Assembly (NCBI RefSeq): GCF_000020025.1
Contig: NC_010628.1
Span: 1,080,001-1,112,000, forward strand
Direction: 5' to 3'
DNA: 32,000 bases
DNA from: Nostoc punctiforme PCC 73102
GTDB taxonomy: Bacteria; Cyanobacteriota; Cyanobacteriia; Cyanobacteriales; Nostocaceae
A model generated the notes under the pieces. It was not told the origin of the DNA. It ran no database searches and saw only the letters and a program-made list of their open reading frames with translations. This document shows positions 25,968 through 32,000 of the stretch, piece after piece. A program made the position numbers and the translations under genes. The stretch's first letter is position 1, and each line of letters begins with the position of its first letter.

Positions 25968-27854
25968 ATGTCATCTGCTCAAGCGCCCTCCCTACCACCG
26001 TTGATTCCGCGCGAAATACTGTTTGGGAATCCCGAAAAAACCAGCCCACAACTCTCGCCTGATGGCAAGTACTTGGCATATATCGCCCCTGATGAGAAAA
26101 ATGTCTTGCAGGTATGGTTGCGAACTATAGGGCAAGAAGACGACCAGATATTAACTGCCGACAAAAAGCGCGGTATCCGCATTTTCTTCTGGACTTATAA
26201 CGCCGACCAGTTGATTTATATGCAAGACTCGGATGGCGACGAGAATTTTCACCTCCACTTGGTTAATATTCACTCTAAAATTGTGCGTGACTTAACGCCA
26301 TTCCAGGGTGTAAAAGCTGAACTCGTGGAACTGGAACCTAAATTTCCAGAGCAAGTACTGGTAGCGTTGAACTTAAACAATCCCCAAAAGTTTGATGTTT
26401 ACCGCATTAACCTTAAAAATGGTGCTGTAGAGTTCGATACCGATAACCCCGGTAACATTATCAGTTGGACATCTGACGCTGATTTCCAAATACGTGCAGC
26501 GACAGCTAGCACAGCCGATGGTGGTTACGATTTGTTATTGCAGAAACCAGATAAACAGTGGGAAATTCTCCGCCACTGGGGGTCAGAAGAGGAAGGCAAT
26601 TCTGTTAGCTTCTCGGCTGATGGTAAAACCCTTTATATTCAAGGGAATCACGATGCTAACGCCAAACGTCTGCTAGCTGTTGACCTAGACACCCGTCAAG
26701 AAACCGTCATTGCTGAAGATGAACAGTATGATGTTGTGGGAATAATCATTCAGCCACTGACGCGAGTTATCCAAGCAGTTTCTTTCTATAAAGATAAACA
26801 GGAATGGCAAGTAATTGACCAAAGTATCGCCGCTGATTTTGAAGAAATCGCCAAGGTGCGTCCTGGAGAATTCTCTATAATTAGCCGCGACTTGGAAGAT
26901 AAAACCTGGCTAGTAGCTTATAGAACTGACGATGGGCCAGTTTATTACTATGCCTACAACCGAGAGTCCAAAACTAGCACCTTCCTTTTTAGCAACCAAC
27001 CCAAACTAGAAACGTTGCAGTTAGCTTCAATGGAACCGATTTCCTATGAAGCGCGGGATGGTTTAACTATCCACAGTTACCTGACAACCCCTGTAGGAAT
27101 ACCTACCCAAAATCTCCCAACAGTATTACTGGTTCACGGTGGCCCTTGGGCGCGGGATGTTTGGGGTTTCTCTCCCACAGCGCAATGGCTAGCTAACCGG
27201 GGTTATGCCGTTCTGCAAGTGAACTTTCGCGGTTCCACTGGCTACGGTAAAGCATTTTTGAATGCTGGGAATCGGGAATGGGCTGGCAAAATGCACGACG
27301 ACTTGATTGACAGCGTGAACTGGCTGGTAGAACAAGGCATTTCCGATCCGCAAAAGATTGCGATTATGGGCGGTTCTTATGGCGGTTACGCCACCTTAGT
27401 GGGGTTAACTTTTACACCAGAACTCTTTGCGGCTGGGGTGGATATTGTCGGGCCGAGTAACCTGATTACTTTGATAGGAACTATACCGCCTTATTGGGAA
27501 CCATTGAAGGCAATGCTTTATCATCGCGTTGGTAATTTAGAGACAGAAGAGGAGTTTCTGAAATCGCGATCGCCTTTATTCTTCGCTGACCGGATTCAAA
27601 AACCTTTACTCATCGGTCAAGGTGCAAACGATCCGCGGGTGAAACAAGCAGAAAGCGATCAAATTGTCAACGCAATGCAGGAGGCTGGTTTGCCTGTGCA
27701 ATATGCACTTTACACAGATGAAGGACATGGTTTTGCCAGACCAGAAAATCGGTTGCACTTTTTTGCGATCGCAGAAGAGTTTCTCGCCAAATACTTAGAT
27801 GGTAGATTTGAACCTTTGGGAGATATTCAAGGTCATTCAGGAATAGTTAAATAA
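25968..27854 (+). CDS. S9 family serine peptidase (prolyl oligopeptidase/dipeptidyl aminopeptidase-like)
   Basis: 628-aa ORF. A beta-propeller-like N-terminal half, then an alpha/beta hydrolase half with nucleophile elbow GGSYGGY, plus GANDPRV and DEGHGF (Asp/His of the triad). Confidence 0.88.
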   Translation: MSSAQAPSLPPLIPREILFGNPEKTSPQLSPDGKYLAYIAPDEKNVLQVWLRTIGQEDDQILTADKKRGIRIFFWTYNADQLIYMQDSDGDENFHLHLVNIHSKIVRDLTPFQGVKAELVELEPKFPEQVLVALNLNNPQKFDVYRINLKNGAVEFDTDNPGNIISWTSDADFQIRAATASTADGGYDLLLQKPDKQWEILRHWGSEEEGNSVSFSADGKTLYIQGNHDANAKRLLAVDLDTRQETVIAEDEQYDVVGIIIQPLTRVIQAVSFYKDKQEWQVIDQSIAADFEEIAKVRPGEFSIISRDLEDKTWLVAYRTDDGPVYYYAYNRESKTSTFLFSNQPKLETLQLASMEPISYEARDGLTIHSYLTTPVGIPTQNLPTVLLVHGGPWARDVWGFSPTAQWLANRGYAVLQVNFRGSTGYGKAFLNAGNREWAGKMHDDLIDSVNWLVEQGISDPQKIAIMGGSYGGYATLVGLTFTPELFAAGVDIVGPSNLITLIGTIPPYWEPLKAMLYHRVGNLETEEEFLKSRSPLFFADRIQKPLLIGQGANDPRVKQAESDQIVNAMQEAGLPVQYALYTDEGHGFARPENRLHFFAIAEEFLAKYLDGRFEPLGDIQGHSGIVK

Positions 27855-27881
27855 AATTAAGTCTCAAAAATAAAAAGGTGG

Positions 27882-28511
27882 TTAGTGATTTTCTTTAACC
27901 ACCTTGATAGTTGTAAGACCGAAGTCTAACGATGTATTCAAGCACTTTTGACTGAACCTCATTGAAGAATTCTCTTGAATTTTTTCAACATCAAGTTTTC
28001 TAGCAAACTCAACTTCTGAAAGAATTTCCTGGCATTCGTCTATTGTTGCCCCATTTACTGATCCATATAGTATTCCAGTTGGATATTCATGAATACAATA
28101 CTGAAGCCATCTAATCTGAACACTTAGTAAGCCTTTTTGTACTTCATTATTGCTGGGAGCGAGCAAGTAACATTCCTTGAGTAACCCATAATCTGTATTA
28201 AAGTTAATCTGCTTGTGGAGATGCTTTACTTTGTAAAAATTTTGGGCTGTACGAGCAAGCCACAAAATTGACCAAGGATCGCGTTTTTGATAACCACTAA
28301 GAAGAACAGGAAACACAACCTGTTCATAAAGCTCATAGCGAATTCCATATTTATATTCGCATTGTTGATTTTCTAGAAACTCGTGAGTCCACAATTCTTT
28401 CTCGGTAAATGAAGCAAATGAAGTAATAAACTGCTGAAGGTGTTGTCTGGCTTGGCTACGAAAACCAAGTGTTTTACAATGTAAGTATTGTTTGTAATAC
28501 TCAAGCTCCAT
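27882..28511 (-). CDS. hypothetical protein (209 aa, AT-rich gene)
   Basis: A long intact ORF with no recognisable motif. Its composition is visibly more AT-rich than the flanking peptidase gene. Confidence 0.5.
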   Translation of the reverse strand: MELEYYKQYLHCKTLGFRSQARQHLQQFITSFASFTEKELWTHEFLENQQCEYKYGIRYELYEQVVFPVLLSGYQKRDPWSILWLARTAQNFYKVKHLHKQINFNTDYGLLKECYLLAPSNNEVQKGLLSVQIRWLQYCIHEYPTGILYGSVNGATIDECQEILSEVEFARKLDVEKIQENSSMRFSQKCLNTSLDFGLTTIKVVKENH

Positions 28512-28556
28512 ACATCTTAACTTTCCGTAGTTTTGACCACTGTGACACTCACAGCT

Positions 28557-28883
28557 TTAAGCACTCTGATGCTCAGACTCTTCTTTTTGCAACAGAAAAT
28601 CGAGATAGTCTTGTAATTGCAACAGCCTGGCTCCAGATAGCTGGCGTAACTTGGCTAAAATCATTTCTTCTTGCTGCCACTGGGAAATGGGGATGATTTG
28701 AGACGCTGGTACTTCGATCGTTACATTGGGCAGATCAAACCCTTCCAGACTATACCCGTCCTCTTCCCCTTCAGGCATGGGGTAATGTTCCACAATTGTT
28801 GCAACATTCCCGCGTTTCAGGTTGTATTCTGGTAAGTCCTGCGCTAAAGCAACTTGGGAGAATAGGGGGTATTGTACCTTCAT
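28557..28883 (-). CDS. DUF4926-like small protein with DUF2281-like C-terminal helix (putative antitoxin/partner)
   Basis: 108-aa ORF. VALAQDLPEYNLKRGNVATIVE...GYSLEGF resembles DUF4926. The tail LQDYLDFLLQKEE resembles antitoxin-type helices. Its start overlaps the upstream gene's stop (ATGA at 28880-28883). Confidence 0.55.
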   Translation of the reverse strand: MKVQYPLFSQVALAQDLPEYNLKRGNVATIVEHYPMPEGEEDGYSLEGFDLPNVTIEVPASQIIPISQWQQEEMILAKLRQLSGARLLQLQDYLDFLLQKEESEHQSA

Positions 28884-29254
28884 AAGTTTCCTCCTTGATC
28901 TGGCACTAAGGTGACAAATTTAGTTGTATTATTGGCAACTATCCAAATGGTTAAAATATTGAGTTCAACGCCATTAATCCCTCGCAGACACGCACGAATG
29001 GCATACTTCTGACCATAGCGAGTTATTTCGATCTGCTCGGCAGGTTGCGTTAAAACTTGAGTGCGTAGATCCTGTTCAAGTTGTTGCCAGTTGTCTAGTG
29101 TGTACCCAGCCCTAGCCAGAAATTTAGATTTATCGTCTTTTGGCAACGGCACAAGCAGATATTTGGTTAGCTTTTCTTCTGCGATTATTGCATCCTGCGC
29201 TAAAAAGGCCATCGGTTCATGGCATGAATTTTGGGTAGAAATTATTGAGTACAT
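28880..29254 (-). CDS. DUF6883-like small protein (putative toxin/partner)
   Basis: 124-aa ORF, though the true start may be the internal MAFLAQD. EEKLTKYLL...KSKFLARAGYT resembles DUF6883. It is translationally coupled to the DUF4926-like gene. Confidence 0.5.
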   Translation of the reverse strand: MYSIISTQNSCHEPMAFLAQDAIIAEEKLTKYLLVPLPKDDKSKFLARAGYTLDNWQQLEQDLRTQVLTQPAEQIEITRYGQKYAIRACLRGINGVELNILTIWIVANNTTKFVTLVPDQGGNL

Positions 29255-29297
29255 TTTACCCTGAGATGCTGGTCGTTTGAGTATTTGAGATATTGCT

Positions 29298-29897
29298 TTA
29301 TCCAGCGTTGAGTATTTGCTCTGCGGTTAGCTGTAATTCTGGGAAAATAGTAGAAGTGATCGCAGTATTTCCTGTAAATCTGGTTTCTTCATAAAACCCG
29401 TCAACTAATATCAGCACGGTGACTCTGTTCATTTGTGGATCAACAATCCAATATTCAGCAATTCCTCTTGCAGCGTACTCAGAACGTTTGTAGCGATACT
29501 CTCTATCCTCGTTAGCTTTGCCAGGAGAAACGACTTCGACAACTAATGCCGGAGGTGGCATATCCAAAGTGATTGTCGATCGCGTTGCAACTTCTAAGGC
29601 TGTTGCAAGTTCATCTGTCAGCACAACTAAGTCAGGAATGCGAGTTGTCGCACGAGAACCGGCAACAATAATTTCAACTTTGTTACTCAATCGATTCACT
29701 GGGACGAACTTGAGGAAATTTACCAGCAAAAAGAGAGATATCTGGACATTTTTTGGGCTTTCGGGTTGGATTGCAACTAACTTACCTGCCACCAGTTCAT
29801 ATTGGCTATCGGTGCGATCGTCATACTTCAAATATTCCTCAAGCGTTAGATGTTTGCCAGCGATCGCAGTCATTGAATTATTCAATCCTAAATCCAA
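29298..29897 (-). CDS. Uma2 family (DUF820) endonuclease
   Basis: 199-aa ORF. IPDLVV, LVVEVVSPG and AEYWIVDP are typical of the cyanobacterial Uma2 PD-(D/E)XK family. Confidence 0.8.
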   Translation of the reverse strand: MDLGLNNSMTAIAGKHLTLEEYLKYDDRTDSQYELVAGKLVAIQPESPKNVQISLFLLVNFLKFVPVNRLSNKVEIIVAGSRATTRIPDLVVLTDELATALEVATRSTITLDMPPPALVVEVVSPGKANEDREYRYKRSEYAARGIAEYWIVDPQMNRVTVLILVDGFYEETRFTGNTAITSTIFPELQLTAEQILNAG

Positions 29898-29936
29898 AAT
29901 TCGTCAGTAGGAAAATACTATAACACCAACTACAAC

Positions 29937-30221
29937 TCAGTAAACTTCATCATGAGTACCGATATCAATTAGCAAAATTTCCTCTTCACCAGATTCTATA
30001 TTTTGCACAAAGTTAAAGACAATGCGACAATCATAATCTACTGAACACGCCTAAGCTCCAGACAGTTTACCTTTAAGTTTATGAGTCTGCAATAATGGAT
30101 CAAATGGATCGGCGGTTAGTAATGCTAACCGCTCTTCAATTCGCTCTTGTAATTCTGGCTGTCGTCGTACCAATCGCTTAAATGCTCGTTTAAACGATGA
30201 TGCCAGAACTACAGTTCTCAC
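29937..30221 (-). pseudogene. RelE/YafQ-type mRNA interferase toxin with premature in-frame TAG
   Basis: The GTG start overlaps the antitoxin stop (GTGA). Translation: VRTVVLASSFKRAFKRLVRRQPELQERIEERLALLTADPFDPLLQTHKLKGKLSGA*ACSVDYDCRIVFNF...LLIDIGTHDEVY. The TAG at 30051-30053 is where family members have Trp (TGG). Confidence 0.75.
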
Positions 30222-30433
30222 TTGCGTAACTCATCCATTATTTGAGTAACAGTTCCACAGAACACTTTACCAGACTGGTATTCTGCTTGTGCTTGAGCGA
30301 TGTTAGCAGCAATTTCAGAACGCCGCCGTTCTGCCAACCGATGACTGATCAGATCAATCAATGTTTCTTGTTCATCTACTGATAAGTCTTCAATGCTTTC
30401 TAGAACTCGATCTAACCTGGAAACTGAGGTCAT
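30218..30433 (-). CDS. putative type II antitoxin (71 aa)
   Basis: A small acidic/helical ORF directly upstream of the RelE/YafQ-like reading frame and overlapping it by 4 nt. Confidence 0.6.
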   Translation of the reverse strand: MTSVSRLDRVLESIEDLSVDEQETLIDLISHRLAERRRSEIAANIAQAQAEYQSGKVFCGTVTQIMDELRK

Positions 30434-30477
30434 TATTTATTGTTACCTTACTTGCAATACATAACTATTACGTATGC

Positions 30478-31470
30478 CTAAAATTGTTGCAAAAATCTCA
30501 AATCACTAGCATACAATCGACGAATATCATCGATTTGATGTAACACCATTGCAAAGCGTTCTACACCAAAACCGGCAGCAAACCCAGTATAAACTTCTGG
30601 GTCATAACCTACAGACTTAAGTACATTTGGATCGACCATACCGCAGCCCATCACCTCTAGCCAGCGACCATTCCACTGCAAATCCACTTCAGCAGAAGGT
30701 TCAGTAAACGGGAAATAACTGGCGCGGAAGCGAATAGGTAAATCGCCAAAAATTGCTTGTAAAAATACTTTAATTGTGCCCTTGAGGTCTGTAAAAGTTA
30801 GTCCCTCATCAATGGCTAAAAGTTCTATTTGATGGAAAACAGCCGAGTGAGTCGCGTCTACATTATCTCGCCGATAAACTCGCCCTGGAGCTACAACCCG
30901 AATCGGTGGTTCTTCTCTTTCCATGTAACGAATTTGCACTGACGAAGTATGAGTGCGTAAAAGATTACCATCTGGCAGGTAGAAGGTATCCTGCATATCA
31001 CGGGCGGGGTGATCTGGCGGGGTGTTGAGAGCCTCAAAATTGTAGTAATCTGTTTCCATCTCTGGCCCTTGAGCTACGGTATAGCCCATACCAACAAAGA
31101 TATCCAGCGCCCGGTCGATAATGCCGTTGAGGGGATGAATGCGACCTTGGGGACTGTAAATTCCTGGCATCGTTACATCGAGAGTTTCCGCCTCTAGCTG
31201 TACCTGAATTTGCGCGGCTTCGAGGGCAACACGTTGCTGGTCTAGACTAGTTTGCAGAGATTCTTTGACTGTATTGGCGATCGCTCCAATTTTTGGTCGT
31301 TCCTCTGCGCTCATCTGCCCCATACTTCGCAACAGCGCCCCCAGTTCCCCTTTTTTACCCAGATAGTTAACTCTGAGTTCTTCCAGACGTTCTAGGGTGT
31401 CGGCGGCTGCGATCGCTTTTTCTCCTTCTTGCCGCAGTGCTAAAAGTTGAGCTTCTAAATTGCTAGTCAT
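30478..31470 (-). CDS. pheS: phenylalanine--tRNA ligase alpha subunit
   Basis: 330-aa ORF. N-terminal coiled region, [27 protein letters not shown] and GFGVERFAM (class II motifs). Confidence 0.93.
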   Translation of the reverse strand: MTSNLEAQLLALRQEGEKAIAAADTLERLEELRVNYLGKKGELGALLRSMGQMSAEERPKIGAIANTVKESLQTSLDQQRVALEAAQIQVQLEAETLDVTMPGIYSPQGRIHPLNGIIDRALDIFVGMGYTVAQGPEMETDYYNFEALNTPPDHPARDMQDTFYLPDGNLLRTHTSSVQIRYMEREEPPIRVVAPGRVYRRDNVDATHSAVFHQIELLAIDEGLTFTDLKGTIKVFLQAIFGDLPIRFRASYFPFTEPSAEVDLQWNGRWLEVMGCGMVDPNVLKSVGYDPEVYTGFAAGFGVERFAMVLHQIDDIRRLYASDLRFLQQF

Positions 31471-31512
31471 TAGTTATTAGTCATTAGTCATTAGTCATTA
31501 GTCTATAGTCAA
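31464..31512. repeat. STRR-like heptamer tract (TAGTCAT)x7
   Basis: tagtcat tagttat tagtcat tagtcat tagtcat tagtcta tagtcaa. The first unit overlaps the pheS start codon. Confidence 0.85.
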
Positions 31513-31627
31513 AAGCTGTGAACTGCTCGATAAATCAACTTACAGGCAAGGGGTAAACTTCCGCCACAATGTACTGGTGAGTATAAATGTTTTTTTGGTG
31601 CTTGTGATTTCAGACATTGACAAATCG

Positions 31628-31662
31628 CTAATAACAAATAACTAATAACTAATGACCAATGA
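31628..31662. repeat. STRR-like heptamer tract in opposite orientation (CTAATRA)x5
   Basis: ctaataa caaataa ctaataa ctaatga ccaatga, the reverse complement of the 31464-31512 unit. Further units (taatgac x2) occur at about 31755-31770. Confidence 0.8.
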
Positions 31663-31667
31663 CCCAT

Positions 31668-31753
31668 ACTTCTCAACGAGAGGCTGCGTCCTAAGCGTAG
31701 CTATGCCGCAGGCTTTACGATTACGCGGTAGTTGAGCGCAGTCGAAACTCAGT
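31668..31753. repeat. small dispersed repeat, apparently split by an internal insertion
   Basis: acttctcaacgagaggctgcg (31668-31688) and gtcgaaactcagt (31741-31753) resemble the two ends of rc(23653-23694). About 50 nt of other repeat-like sequence separates them. Confidence 0.5.
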
Positions 31754-31770
31754 ACAAATGACTAATGACT

Positions 31771-32000
31771 ATGAGATTACTAATTAGCAACGACGACGGC
31801 GTTTCTGCTTTGGGGATTCGTACCCTAGCCAACTACTTGGCAGAAGCAGGTCATGATGTTAGTGTAGTTTGCCCAGATCGAGAGCGATCGGCAACTGGAC
31901 ATGGATTAACTCTCCACCAACCCATTCGTGCCGAAATTGTAGAGTCAATTTTTCATCCTGCTGTCAAAGCTTGGGCTTGCGATGGTACGCCTTCAGATTG
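31771..32000 (+). CDS. surE: 5'/3'-nucleotidase SurE (5' partial; runs off the window)
   Basis: [47 protein letters not shown] carries the SurE N-terminal signature (SNDDG...PDRxxSxxGH). The frame stays open to the window end. Confidence 0.85.
   Translation, partial: MRLLISNDDGVSALGIRTLANYLAEAGHDVSVVCPDRERSATGHGLTLHQPIRAEIVESIFHPAVKAWACDGTPSD

Noticed and set aside
20513-30053. Two independent in-frame TAG codons (20513-20515 and 30051-30053), suggesting amber suppression, possibly by one of the tRNA-like RNAs.
   Set aside because: None of the four RNAs shows a CTA anticodon in a 7-nt loop (copy 2 has GCC, copy 3 AGG). Many other genes in the window end at TAG. Two nonsense mutations in accessory genes are more simply explained as pseudogenisation.
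31464-31662. Heptamer tracts and the 42-bp tandem repeat (25757-25861) as possible CRISPR arrays.
   Set aside because: The units are contiguous with no unique spacers of 30-40 nt. The repeat lengths (7 and 42 bp) and copy numbers do not fit CRISPR, and there are no cas genes in the window.

Overview
This window looks like chromosomal DNA from a filamentous, heterocyst-forming cyanobacterium of the Nostoc/Anabaena type. The evidence is many GCGATCGC (HIP1) octamers, STRR-like heptamer tracts, small nested dispersed repeats, and the gene content. Housekeeping genes (pyrD, gor, leuA, recQ-family helicase, S9 peptidase, pheS, the 5' end of surE) alternate with accessory material. The most unusual region is 2.6-5.0 kb. 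It holds a Ro60/Rsr (TROVE + vWA) gene with three tandem tRNA-like RNA genes directly upstream and a fourth downstream. Each RNA carries a conserved module: a tetraloop-capped helix with a bulged C, then the invariant AGGGTTATCG. The helix resembles the Ro-binding helix of Y RNAs. It is built as a hairpin inside an otherwise normal tRNA topology with open acceptor ends, and copies 1 and 2 have ACCA right after the stem. A fifth copy of the hairpin lies in the rsr leader and overlaps the Shine-Dalgarno sequence. I read this as a Y-RNA/Rsr RNP locus with a permuted Y-RNA architecture compared with described YrlA, and possibly Rsr autoregulation. All of that is inference from sequence alone. Other accessory content:
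- Three STAND/NB-ARC-type NTPases. One is an AT-rich HTH-STAND gene divergent from a PD-(D/E)XK nuclease, with five iterated 9-mers between them. One is a transmembrane HEAT-repeat/P-loop protein.
- A CHASE2 Ser/Thr kinase gene split by an ISAzo13-family IS whose transposase needs a -1 shift at an A9 run.
- Two genes with single in-frame TAG codons: a SnoaL/NTF2-like gene and a RelE/YafQ-type toxin next to an intact antitoxin.
- A DUF6883/DUF4926-like gene pair and a Uma2 endonuclease.

No CRISPR array, rRNA or clearly canonical tRNA gene was seen.
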